From Rhodoferax sp. (lineage in GTDB: Bacteria > Pseudomonadota > Gammaproteobacteria > Burkholderiales > Burkholderiaceae_C): a DNA stretch of 50,188 bases. The translations under genes and the position numbers were made by a program. Of the stretch, positions 1-9,122 are shown piece after piece; the stretch's first letter is position 1; the number at the start of each line of letters is the position of its first letter. The stretch covers positions 1-50,188 of the forward strand of contig NZ_JACUUE010000001.1 of NCBI RefSeq assembly GCF_014859475.1, read 5' to 3'. The notes under the pieces were generated by a model. That model ran no database searches. It saw only the letters and a program-made list of their open reading frames with translations, and had not been told where the DNA came from.

Positions 1-5
1 CTTCC

Positions 6-169
6 GGGGTCATGGATTGCGTCACTGCGTTCGCAATGACGGGGCTGGGGTTCGCGATGACGGAGCTGTTCATGGAAAGAAGCGTAGCGACGCGACAATC
101 GCAGTGACGGCCTCCTTGTTCGAGGTCCGTGTGCGGTATCGGGCCGATGCGGCTGGCTCGCGATGACGG
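6..169. repeat. REP-like palindromic element cluster, downstream of sulP and possibly truncated by the window edge
   Basis: Four TCGC(A/G)(A/G)TGACGG units at about 31, 52, 99 and 158. Positions 6-41 are the near-exact reverse complement of 26122-26155. Confidence 0.65.
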
Positions 170-198
170 AAAAATGGCACTACGGGCGATGCGCTTGT

Positions 199-1983
199 TC
201 ATGAGGTTCTGGCTTCGCCGTTGGGCAACTGTTCGTTGCATTCAGTGAAAATGCGTGCCTTGCAGCTGCGGCAGACCTCTGGATCGAGCGTGGCATAGAT
301 CGGCTTGATCCAGTTCGACATGGCCGGGAAGAAGGCACCCACCCCGATGTCGTCGAGTTTATCGGCCTTGCGCAGGAACTGGTAGATACTTTTGTTGCAC
401 CGATAAAAATACAGGCCACCGCCGAGTTTGCGGCGACGCCTGGCCTCCTGTTCCAGCATTTCGGCACCTGCCACATCGACGAAATTGATGCCGCGCGCCA
501 GGACCATCACCGTTTTCTGGCGCGGGTTGCCCTCGTCAATCTGCAGCAGGGCGTTGCGCACAAAGTCCACCGCACCAAAAAATATGGAGCCATTGATGCG
601 CACGATGCGGAACTGCGGACATTCCGGGCGCCCCAATGCATTGACAAAGTGGTACGCGCCTTTATCAATGGCGGGGACATAAGGCACCACAGAGGGCCTT
701 GACACGCGATACAGGTAAAGCGCCAACGAGAGCAGGATGCCAAAGAAGATGCCCTTTTCCAGATCAACCAGCGTCCCCAGCAGGGTGACCCACAGGATGA
801 CCGCCTCGGCACGGCTGATTTTGCTGATGGCGCCGATGTGGTGAAAATCAATCAGGCCCCATGCCACCAAAAACAGGATGCCAGCCATCGCCGCCGTGGG
901 CAAATACGACGCCAGGGGCGCAACCAGCAACAAAACGAGCAGCAGAAAAAACGAGGCAAACACCGTGGCGAGCGGGGTTTGGGCGCCCGCTTCGAAGTTG
1001 ACGCCGCTGCGGTTGAATGAGCCGCTGGAGGCATAACCGGAAAAGAAACTGCCGACCAGATTGGACAAGCCTTGCCCGATGAATTCCTGATTGCCGTCAA
1101 TGTGCTGTTCGGATTTGACCGCGATGGCGCGCGAAATGGAAACTGCTTCGGTGAGTGCCAGCATGGTGACGATCAAGGCCGGAAACAGCACATTGTGCAG
1201 CGTCGCGTAAGAAAAATCAGGCATCGACAAGGGTGGCAGGCCAACCGACAGCGCACCCACGGTCTTGATCTGGGTGACTGATGAGCCGAATTCGGCGTTG
1301 ATGAGATGGGCGGCCAAACTGCCAACGACCATGGCGACGATCATGTACGGCAGTTTTGGCACGAATTTCTTGGCAGCGATACCCACCGCCAGCGTGATCG
1401 CCCCGACCGCGCAGACATAGGGGTTGATGTTGCCCATTTGCAGAAAGAACTGCTCGATCACCACATGAAACGGCACGCCGCGCGCAATGTCCAGGCCAAA
1501 GAAATTCTTGACCTGGCTGGCGGCGATGAGCACTGCCGCACCGGCCGTGAACCCGATCACCACCGTGTGCGAAATGAAATTGACCAGCACGCCCATGCGC
1601 GCCAGGCCCAGAATCAACTGGAATAAACCCGCAAGGAACGTGAGCGTGAGCACCATGCTGATGAATTGCGGTGAGCCGGGCTCGGCCAGCGGGCTGATGG
1701 CGGCAAACACCGCGATCGAGATGGCGGTGGTGGGGCCCGACACCAGATGCCAACTCGAGCCGAACAGGGCGGCGACGATGGCTGGCAACATGGCCGCGTA
1801 CAAACCGTACTCAGGCGGCATGCCGGCAATGGTGGCAAAGGCAACCCCCTGTGGCAACACGACCAGCGCGCCGGTAAGGCCGGCCATCAGGTCGGCACGG
1901 GTGGAATCGCGATTCACCAGATGCTTCCATTGCATGAACGGAAGCAGGTGGTAGAGCAGGTATTTGCGCGAGCGGTGAAGCAT
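199..1983 (-). CDS. sulP: SulP/SLC26 family anion (sulfate) transporter with STAS domain
   Basis: DLMAGLTGALVVLPQGVAFA, GSSWHLVSGPT and NQEFIGQGLSN motifs; STAS-like C-terminus (GSIFFG, INFVDVAG). Confidence 0.92.
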   Translation of the reverse strand: MLHRSRKYLLYHLLPFMQWKHLVNRDSTRADLMAGLTGALVVLPQGVAFATIAGMPPEYGLYAAMLPAIVAALFGSSWHLVSGPTTAISIAVFAAISPLAEPGSPQFISMVLTLTFLAGLFQLILGLARMGVLVNFISHTVVIGFTAGAAVLIAASQVKNFFGLDIARGVPFHVVIEQFFLQMGNINPYVCAVGAITLAVGIAAKKFVPKLPYMIVAMVVGSLAAHLINAEFGSSVTQIKTVGALSVGLPPLSMPDFSYATLHNVLFPALIVTMLALTEAVSISRAIAVKSEQHIDGNQEFIGQGLSNLVGSFFSGYASSGSFNRSGVNFEAGAQTPLATVFASFFLLLVLLLVAPLASYLPTAAMAGILFLVAWGLIDFHHIGAISKISRAEAVILWVTLLGTLVDLEKGIFFGILLSLALYLYRVSRPSVVPYVPAIDKGAYHFVNALGRPECPQFRIVRINGSIFFGAVDFVRNALLQIDEGNPRQKTVMVLARGINFVDVAGAEMLEQEARRRRKLGGGLYFYRCNKSIYQFLRKADKLDDIGVGAFFPAMSNWIKPIYATLDPEVCRSCKARIFTECNEQLPNGEARTS

Positions 1984-2088
1984 GCAGGTGTTGCCTCAGG
2001 CCGCCGTCTGGCAGCAGCCATTTTTGCAGCTGCCTGATCGGAAAGAAAGATTTTGCAAGGGGAAGGCCTGATTCAGGAAGAGCGTGCC

Positions 2089-2676
2089 TTACAAGCTCTT
2101 GCGAATCGTGATGGCACCGCGAATCTGGCCTACTGAATAGCCCACACCCAGATCAGCGGGGTACAGCGTTTTCAATTTCGAGATCACCGCCGGTTCGAGC
2201 TGGTCCGGTGCCCCATGACACGCCAGGCACATCTGTTGCACCGGCAAAGCCTTCATGTAGCGATATTCCTTGCGGCTGCCTTCGCTCACAAGCTCGCCCT
2301 TTTCCAGGCTTGCCGGGCTTTCCCCGGCAGCGGCGCGGCGGTCGAAGTCTTCCAGTGCGGCACGCTCCCAGGCATCGGGAACGGCTTTGGGGTTGCGGTT
2401 GCGCAGACTGACCCGCCGGATCGCCCAGCCGCTCTGCTCCGACGCCGCCTTGGCCATTTGCGGCGCTTTGTCGCGGCAGACCTCAATGGCGGACGCTGGT
2501 CCACCTTTGGCAATTTCCTCGCTGAGCACCTGGAGCAGCTTCGGCGGTACCGAACCGGCAACCTTGCGTGCTTCGGTCAGGGTCGCAGCATCGTCGGCGA
2601 GTGCATTCAGACTGGCGAGCAGGATGACAGACGGCAGGATTTTGTGTGAAAAAATCGACTTCAGGGCGGGCAACAT
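2089..2676 (-). CDS. Exported mono-heme c-type cytochrome, DUF3365/Tll0287-like
   Basis: Signal peptide, RRVSLRNRNP motif, CLACH heme-binding motif, GYSVGQIRGA C-terminus. Confidence 0.8.
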   Translation of the reverse strand: MLPALKSIFSHKILPSVILLASLNALADDAATLTEARKVAGSVPPKLLQVLSEEIAKGGPASAIEVCRDKAPQMAKAASEQSGWAIRRVSLRNRNPKAVPDAWERAALEDFDRRAAAGESPASLEKGELVSEGSRKEYRYMKALPVQQMCLACHGAPDQLEPAVISKLKTLYPADLGVGYSVGQIRGAITIRKSL

Positions 2677-2887
2677 TGGTAACCTTTACATTAATCAGTG
2701 TGTAAGAAACCTTAAAAAAGGTTGCGGTCCTGCCAGCTCTGCAGGACAACAACACAGTCTCAATTCCGTACCTGCATGGCTTTGTCAGTGGCCAAAGAGG
2801 GTTCGGCTCAAGAAGACCCGCATGCTGCGTTTGATTACAGAACATAACATCTGATCAAGCCATACTCCAAACGGATAGCCCGTGTGA

Positions 2888-2903
2888 TAGTCCAAGTGGG
2901 TAG
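2888..2903. promoter_or_regulatory. 7-2-7 inverted-repeat box TAGTCCA-AG-TGGGTAG in a divergent promoter region
   Basis: Matches the boxes at 20426, 40229 and 49364. A weaker box, TACTCCA-AA-CGGATAG, lies at 2863-2878. Confidence 0.55.
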
Positions 2904-2946
2904 GTGACTTATGGTCTGGCATCGCTAACAATAAATCACATCACGC

Positions 2947-2972
2947 ACCCTTCAATTGAAGGGTCTTTTTTT
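2947..2972 (+). terminator. Perfect 18-bp palindrome plus T-tract in the leader of the + strand operon (terminator/attenuator-like or operator)
   Basis: ACCCTTCAATTGAAGGGT (2947-2964) followed by CTTTTTTT. Confidence 0.4.
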
Positions 2973-2989
2973 AAAAAAACGAGACCACC

Positions 2990-3406
2990 GTGGACATCAC
3001 TGTTTCGGATTTCACAGGGCAAGAACTTGAGCTGGTGGCCGAGCTTTTGCAACAACGCTACAACAAGCAAATCACCCCCGAACTGGCCGATAGTGAGTTG
3101 AAACTTGACCCTGTCAGCGATGCTCTGACGGTTTGTCCAACGCTCTACTGGAGCGAACGCGGCGCCCATTTTGTCGTGTGCAAGATCGCCCAGGGACGTT
3201 ACAAATGCCAGTTCTTTTATGCCGATGCTGACCAGTATGGCACCGGCCATGACGAGTACACCGACCTGCGGCGCTGTGTTCTGACCCTGTTGCGCGTCCA
3301 AGCGGACCATGAAAGCCAGAGTGTCGGCGTATCGAGTGGGGCCACGGCGATTGAACTGGCCAACCGTTCGGCGAATGATGACTACCACGGCCCGCTGGTG
3401 ATATGA
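2990..3406 (+). CDS. Hypothetical protein upstream of the qmo cluster
   Basis: 138-aa ORF with GTG start and protein-like composition, 13 bp from the next gene. Confidence 0.7.
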   Translation: MDITVSDFTGQELELVAELLQQRYNKQITPELADSELKLDPVSDALTVCPTLYWSERGAHFVVCKIAQGRYKCQFFYADADQYGTGHDEYTDLRRCVLTLLRVQADHESQSVGVSSGATAIELANRSANDDYHGPLVI

Positions 3407-3419
3407 CGACGCAAACACC

Positions 3420-3929
3420 ATGAAAATTTGCATTGTCTCGGACAGCCATGATCGCGCCCCCATGCTGGCATCGGCGGTCATGTCTGCCAAAGAGTCCGGG
3501 GCCGAGGCAGTCATCCACTGCGGCGACCTGATCGGAGCCATGACCTTGTGTCCGCTCCTTGAAATCGGTTTGCCGGTCCACGTGGTGCATGGCAACAACC
3601 TGGGCGACCTGATGGCGTTATCGAAACTGTGCGCTGCGTCTAGCGGGCTGATCACCTACCACGGCGCCGATCTTGACATCCGGTTTGGCGCTCGCAAGTT
3701 GTTTGCGACGCATTACCCGCACTACGGGCGCGCCATGGCCTGCACCGGTGACTACGACATTGTTTGCTGTGGTCATTCGCATGTTGCCAGCGTGGCGCAG
3801 CAGCCAAACATCGCCGGGGGCAAGACCTGGCTGGTGAATCCGGGCAGCGTGGGCGGGCTCGGTGCGCCGGCAACCTGGCTGCTGGCTGACCTTGACCGTT
3901 TCGATTTCGAGGTCCGGAGCCTGCCATGA
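3420..3929 (+). CDS. YfcE/MJ0936-family metallophosphoesterase
   Basis: SDSHD, HCGDL, HGNN, GHSH and NPGS motifs. Confidence 0.88.
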   Translation: MKICIVSDSHDRAPMLASAVMSAKESGAEAVIHCGDLIGAMTLCPLLEIGLPVHVVHGNNLGDLMALSKLCAASSGLITYHGADLDIRFGARKLFATHYPHYGRAMACTGDYDIVCCGHSHVASVAQQPNIAGGKTWLVNPGSVGGLGAPATWLLADLDRFDFEVRSLP

Positions 3930-3996
3930 CCTGCCCCGCCCCGCTGAATCGGCCAGTTCGCCAGGACTTTTTATTTTGTAACGGAGTGGAGATTTC

Positions 3997-5277
3997 ATGA
4001 CAGCACCTATCGCAACCAGTCAAACCATTCTTGTGGTTGGCGGTGGCATCAGCGGCATGACGGCGGCGCTCGAAGCGGCCGAATGCGGACGGGACGTCGT
4101 CCTGGTCGAACGCAGCCCTGCTTTGGGCGGACGTACCGCGCTGCTTTACCGCTATTTTCCCAAGATGTGCCACCCGACCTGCGGGCTCGAGATCAATCTG
4201 AGACGGCTCAAGGCCAACCGCCATGTGCGCGTGATGACGATGACCGAGGTGGTTCGCATTGACGGCAAACGCGGTGCCTACACCGCCACCCTGAAGATAC
4301 GTCCACGCTACGTTAACGAGAACTGCACCGCCTGCGGCGAATGTGCCTCGGTGGTTGGTACCGAGATTCCCGATCCGTACAACTATGACCAGGGCAAAAT
4401 CAAGGCGGCGTACCTGCCGTTTGCCCTGGCCCATCCGCAGCGCTATGTGCTCGATCCGGTGCTCATCGGCACCGAAGATGCCGACAAGGCAAAAGCGGCC
4501 TGCAAGGTCGACGCCATCGATCTGGCGATGCAGGAAGAAACCGTCGAGCTTGCGGTGGGCGCTGTGGTCTGGGCAACCGGCTGGAAACCCTACGATGCAG
4601 CAAAGATTCAACCCTATGGCTACGGGCGCTTTCCCAATGTCGTCACCAGCGTCGAGTTTGAGCGCATGGCTGACCCGGCCGGCCCGACCGCTGGCAAGCT
4701 GCTGCGCCCCTCAGACGGCCAGGAAGCCAAAAACATTGCCTTCATCCAGTGCGCCGGTTCGCGTGACGAAAACCATTTGCGGCATTGCTCGCGCATCTGT
4801 TGCATGGCCACGCTGAAGCAGACGCAGTATGTGCGCGAAGCCCAGGGCGATGCCGCCAAATCGACGGTGTACTACATCGATATTCGTGCGATAGACCGCT
4901 TTGAAGATTTTTATCAAATGGTCCAAAAAGATCCATCGGTTGCTTTTGTCAAATCCAAAGTGGCCAGCATCGATCAGGCCAAAAATCAGGACCTGGTGCT
5001 GCACGGCGTCGATACCGAGGGTTATCACCGCTATGCCAGCACACATGACCTGGTGGTGCTGGCGATCGGCATGGAGCCGGAATCCAACGGACTCACCTTG
5101 CCGGAAGATCTGGTCACGGATTCATCAGGATTCATCGAGGGCACGGCCGATGGCGGCATGGTCGGTGCCGGCGCCGCTGCCAGTCCGCTTGATGTGAATC
5201 GTTCAGTGCAAAGCGCCACCGGCGCGGCGCTGCGCGCCATCAAGGTTATTCATCAGACCGTTGGGGAGGAAGCTTAA
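3997..5277 (+). CDS. qmoA: QmoA (HdrA-like flavoprotein)
   Basis: GGGISG FAD motif, PKMCHPTC, QCAGSRD and CSRICC; located next to qmoB and apr. Confidence 0.88.
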   Translation: MTAPIATSQTILVVGGGISGMTAALEAAECGRDVVLVERSPALGGRTALLYRYFPKMCHPTCGLEINLRRLKANRHVRVMTMTEVVRIDGKRGAYTATLKIRPRYVNENCTACGECASVVGTEIPDPYNYDQGKIKAAYLPFALAHPQRYVLDPVLIGTEDADKAKAACKVDAIDLAMQEETVELAVGAVVWATGWKPYDAAKIQPYGYGRFPNVVTSVEFERMADPAGPTAGKLLRPSDGQEAKNIAFIQCAGSRDENHLRHCSRICCMATLKQTQYVREAQGDAAKSTVYYIDIRAIDRFEDFYQMVQKDPSVAFVKSKVASIDQAKNQDLVLHGVDTEGYHRYASTHDLVVLAIGMEPESNGLTLPEDLVTDSSGFIEGTADGGMVGAGAAASPLDVNRSVQSATGAALRAIKVIHQTVGEEA

Positions 5278-5278
5278 A

Positions 5279-7483
5279 GTGGCTGACAACAAATTTGCCG
5301 CGTACCTGTGCGCTGGCTGTGGCTTGGGTGACGTGCTCGATATCGACGGGCTGGAGAAAATTGCCAAGAAGGAAGGCAAGATGCAGGTGGTCAAGCACCA
5401 CGACTTTCTTTGCAGCGCCGCTGGCGTGCAAATGATCCGCGACGATATTGCCAACGAGGGCATCAGCCATCTCATGATCGGTGCCTGCTCGCGTCGGGCC
5501 AAGACCGAGGCTTTCAATTTTCCCGACGTTTCAGTGGCTCGTGCCAATTTGCGCGAGGGCGTGATCTGGATCGTCGCCGAAGGCGCGACCCATGATGAAG
5601 TGCGCCAGGAAATGGCCGATGATTACGTGCGCATGGGCTGCGCCGAACTGAAAAAAATGCTGCTGCCCGCTGGCAGCACGGGGCGCGGCACCAACAAGCG
5701 CATTCTCGTCGTGGGTGGCGGTGTGTCGGGCCTGACGGCGGCCATCGAAGCCGCAGAAACCGGCTATGAAGTGGTGCTGGTTGAAAAAGCGCCGGCGCTG
5801 GGGGGTTGGGCGGCCAGCTTGTGGAAGCGGGTGCCGTATCAGGACCCCTATGCCGAGCCACAAGCCACCGGCATCGAGGAACTCATTGCCAGGGTGAGCT
5901 TGCATCCGGGCATCACCGTTCACCTCGGTGCCACGCTGGCCGAAACCGCCGGTGCACCGGGCCGTTTTGCGGTCAAAATTGCGCAGGAGAGCGGCGCCGT
6001 GGTGCAGGAGATGGTTGGCGCGATCATTCAGGCCAGCGGTTTTTCGACCTATGACATGGCACGCCTGCCTGAACTCGGCGCCGGCTTGCCCGGCGTGGTC
6101 GATCAGGCCGGGCTCGAAGCACTCGCGCAGGCCGCCCGTGGCGGAGCCATCGAGCGCGCCGATGGCCAGGTGGTGCAAAGCGTGGTGTTTGTCCAGTGCG
6201 CGGGGCAGCGCGATGCCACCGGAACGCACTTGCCGTATTGCTCCGGCCATTGCTGTGCCACCAGTGTCAAGCAGGCCATGTACTTCAAGGATGCCAATCC
6301 TGACATCGACACCGTGGTGCTCTATACCGACTTGCGTTTGCCCGGCATGAGTGAGGATTTTTACCGCAGTGCGCAGCGCAAGGGCGTGACCTTCACCAAG
6401 GGCAAGGTGAGCCAGGTCAAGGCACAAGGTGCTGGCTGCACGGTGAGCTTCCGCGATCTGATTCTTGACGAAGACGCAACCGTTGACGCTGATCTGGTCG
6501 TGCTCGCCACCGGCCAGGTGCCCAACTCCGGGGTCAACATCGACATTCCTGAAGATCAACAGCCCGAGGTCAAGCCGGTTTCGATCCTGAATCTGACCTA
6601 TCGCCAGGGCAAGGATTTGCCGCAACTCAAAGCCGGGTTGACTGATTCGCACTTTATTTGCTTTCCGTATGAAACACGCCGTACCGGCATCTATGCGGCC
6701 GGCCCGGTGCGGCGTCCCATGGACATGCAGCAAGCCACCGATGACGCCACCGGCGCCGCACTCAAAGCCATTCAGGCGGTGGAAAACGCGATGCTGGGTC
6801 GGGCCGCGCATCCACGCTCGGGCGACTTGTCGTACCCGATTGTCCGGCTCGAGGGTTGTACCCAGTGCAAGCGCTGCACGGTCGAATGCCCGTTTGGTGC
6901 CATCGACGAGGACGAGCGGCGCTTTCCGGTGTTCAATGAATCGCGTTGCCGGCGCTGCGGCACCTGCATGGGCGCCTGTCCGGTGCGGGTGATCTCGTTC
7001 GAGAACTATTCGACGGACACGGTGGGCAGTCAGATCAAGTCGCTTGACATGCCCGACGAGTTTTCCGAGCGGCCACGCATTTTGTTGCTGGCTTGTGAGA
7101 ACGACGCCTACCCGGCGCTCGACATGGCGGGTCTGTCGCGCACTGTTTACTCCGCTTTTGTGCGCGCCATTCCGGTGCGCTGCCTCGGCTCGGTCAACAC
7201 GATCTGGATCACCGATGCGCTCAACAGCGGCTGGGACGGTGTGATGATGATGGGTTGCAAGAAGGGTGATGACTACCAGTGTCACTTTGTCAAGGGCTCC
7301 GAACTGGCCCATTACCGCATGAGCAAGATCGACGACACGCTCAAGGGCATGGGGCTGGAGCCCGAGCGCGTGGCCAGCTACGAGGTTGCCATTACCGACC
7401 ATCAACGTGTGGCGGCATTGATCAACGACTATGCGGAAAAAATCAAGGAATTGGGAATGTCGCCCATGAAGGGGTTCAACTAA
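5279..7483 (+). CDS. qmoB: QmoB (HdrA-like flavoprotein with 2x4Fe-4S and MvhD-like C-terminal domain)
   Basis: GTG start 1 nt after the qmoA stop; GGGVSG, QCAGQRD, CTQCKRCTVECP, CRRCGTCMGACP and CENDAYPA...PVRCLGS. Confidence 0.9.
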   Translation: MADNKFAAYLCAGCGLGDVLDIDGLEKIAKKEGKMQVVKHHDFLCSAAGVQMIRDDIANEGISHLMIGACSRRAKTEAFNFPDVSVARANLREGVIWIVAEGATHDEVRQEMADDYVRMGCAELKKMLLPAGSTGRGTNKRILVVGGGVSGLTAAIEAAETGYEVVLVEKAPALGGWAASLWKRVPYQDPYAEPQATGIEELIARVSLHPGITVHLGATLAETAGAPGRFAVKIAQESGAVVQEMVGAIIQASGFSTYDMARLPELGAGLPGVVDQAGLEALAQAARGGAIERADGQVVQSVVFVQCAGQRDATGTHLPYCSGHCCATSVKQAMYFKDANPDIDTVVLYTDLRLPGMSEDFYRSAQRKGVTFTKGKVSQVKAQGAGCTVSFRDLILDEDATVDADLVVLATGQVPNSGVNIDIPEDQQPEVKPVSILNLTYRQGKDLPQLKAGLTDSHFICFPYETRRTGIYAAGPVRRPMDMQQATDDATGAALKAIQAVENAMLGRAAHPRSGDLSYPIVRLEGCTQCKRCTVECPFGAIDEDERRFPVFNESRCRRCGTCMGACPVRVISFENYSTDTVGSQIKSLDMPDEFSERPRILLLACENDAYPALDMAGLSRTVYSAFVRAIPVRCLGSVNTIWITDALNSGWDGVMMMGCKKGDDYQCHFVKGSELAHYRMSKIDDTLKGMGLEPERVASYEVAITDHQRVAALINDYAEKIKELGMSPMKGFN

Positions 7484-8127
7484 TGGAAAAGCTGCAAACA
7501 ACCACCATGTCAACGGCCACTGGCAACACGGCAGTCAGCGCGCGCTATCACAACAACTTTCTCAAGGAAGTCGAGGCCAACGTCGAAGACGGCGAATGGG
7601 TCAAGATGTGCATGCAGTGCGGCGTTTGTGCGGGCTCCTGTCCGCTCGGACCGCACTGGGAACACACGCCGCAAAAATTGTTCATGATGATCCGTGCCGG
7701 CAAGCGCGAGGAAGTGCTCAAGTCTGACTCGATGTGGATGTGCACCTCATGCTACAACTGCATGGCGCGCTGCCCACGCAAGCTCCCGATCACGCACATC
7801 GTGCACGGGCTGGCCGCCTACGCACACCAGGTCGGGCTGGCACGCAAGAAGCAGTCAACCCGGTTTTTTTCTGTCCTGTTCTGGAACAACTGCGTCAAGA
7901 CCGGCCGCCTCAACGAGCTGAAACTGACCATGGGCCTGTACTTCAAGGACGGTTTTATGGCAGGACTCAAACAAGCCTGGATCATGCGCGATTCCGGTCG
8001 CCAGTTGATGATGGCCAAGCGGCTCAACCCGTTTGAACTGTTCGGCGGGCACCGTTGCAAGGATGCGAAGGGCATCACAGCGATGCTCAAAACCGCCCGC
8101 CAGATTGAAGAGCAGCAACAATCGTGA
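7483..8127 (+). CDS. hdrC: HdrC-like 4Fe-4S protein of the QmoAB-HdrBC complex
   Basis: ATG overlaps the qmoB TAA; CMQCGVCAGSCP and CTSCYNCMARCP. Confidence 0.88.
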   Translation: MEKLQTTTMSTATGNTAVSARYHNNFLKEVEANVEDGEWVKMCMQCGVCAGSCPLGPHWEHTPQKLFMMIRAGKREEVLKSDSMWMCTSCYNCMARCPRKLPITHIVHGLAAYAHQVGLARKKQSTRFFSVLFWNNCVKTGRLNELKLTMGLYFKDGFMAGLKQAWIMRDSGRQLMMAKRLNPFELFGGHRCKDAKGITAMLKTARQIEEQQQS

Positions 8128-8155
8128 AATCTTGCTCACCTGATTAGGAACCATC

Positions 8156-9073
8156 ATGTCCAAAAAAGAATACGCGTTCTACCCTGGCTGTTCATCACAG
8201 AAAAAAGCCTCCGCTGCCAACTACATCGTCTCGGTCGATTCAATGTGCAAGTCGCTCGATATCGAGCTGACGCCGATCCCCGACTGGAACTGTTGCAGCG
8301 CGTCCATCAGTTATGCCGGTGGCAGAGTGCTTGAACGCATGGCCTTGAATGCACGCAACCTGGTGCTGGCCGAACAACACCTGCCGGGCAAGGACATCGT
8401 CGCCACTTGCGCCGGTTGCTGGCTGAATGCGCGCGAGTGCAAGGAAAAAATCGACGGTAATGAGCAACTGCGCACTGACACCAACAGGGCGTTAAAAGAG
8501 GCCGGGCTCAACTACAAGGGCAGTGCGCCGGTGCGCCACATGGTTGAAGTCCTGATTGAAGACCTTGGCTACGATACCCTGAAGAAGCCGGTCGTCAAAT
8601 CGCTTGAGGGGCTCAAGTTTGCCGGCTACGTCGGTTGTCAGACCAATCGCCCGTTCGGCATTGCCGGTGAGTCGTTCGAAAACCCCCTGTACCTGGACAA
8701 ACTGATCGAGTCAGTCGGTGGTGAACCGATCGAGAAATGGGAACACAAAGTGAGTTGCTGTGGTGGGGCGCTGGCCTTTCCGGAGCCTGAAAAGAGTCAG
8801 AAGCTCATTCGTGAGATTGTCGAATCAGCCTACGACAACGGGGCCGACATGATCGTCACGCCCTGCCCCTTGTGCCAGGCCAATGTCGAGGTCTATCAGT
8901 CCGAGATCAACCGCACCCAGGGCACCAAACTCAACATGCCGGTGATGTACTACTCGCAAGTCATGAGCGTGGCGTACGGCAGTTCGGTGAAAGAGGCGGG
9001 GCTGGACGGTCACATCATCAAACCGACCAAACTGCAAGAGATTGCCAGCAAGGCAGGGGCCGGGAAAAAGTAA
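8156..9073 (+). CDS. hdrB: HdrB-like CCG-domain protein
   Basis: YPGCS, DWNCC, CAGC, YVGC, SCCGG and TPCPLCQ. Confidence 0.9.
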   Translation: MSKKEYAFYPGCSSQKKASAANYIVSVDSMCKSLDIELTPIPDWNCCSASISYAGGRVLERMALNARNLVLAEQHLPGKDIVATCAGCWLNARECKEKIDGNEQLRTDTNRALKEAGLNYKGSAPVRHMVEVLIEDLGYDTLKKPVVKSLEGLKFAGYVGCQTNRPFGIAGESFENPLYLDKLIESVGGEPIEKWEHKVSCCGGALAFPEPEKSQKLIREIVESAYDNGADMIVTPCPLCQANVEVYQSEINRTQGTKLNMPVMYYSQVMSVAYGSSVKEAGLDGHIIKPTKLQEIASKAGAGKK

Positions 9074-9122
9074 GTTTTCCCGGGCTAACACGCGGCCAAC
9101 GCGCAACTAGAGGAACGTCACG

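Noticed and set aside
5261-5278. Upstream start codons given by the ORF track (qmoB, hdrC, sat, soeB, dsrL, dsrF, tusA and others)
   Set aside because: They overlap neighbouring genes or lack an RBS. Downstream starts with an SD or stop-start coupling were chosen instead.
5531-7513. 660-aa antisense ORF, and similar ones at 9264-10409, 18519-19526, 31872-33386 and 38962-40170
   Set aside because: Shadow ORFs opposite well-supported genes, expected from high-GC codon bias, with no recognisable motifs.
7483-8127. qmoC
   Set aside because: No transmembrane heme-b domain; it is a soluble HdrC-like protein followed by hdrB.
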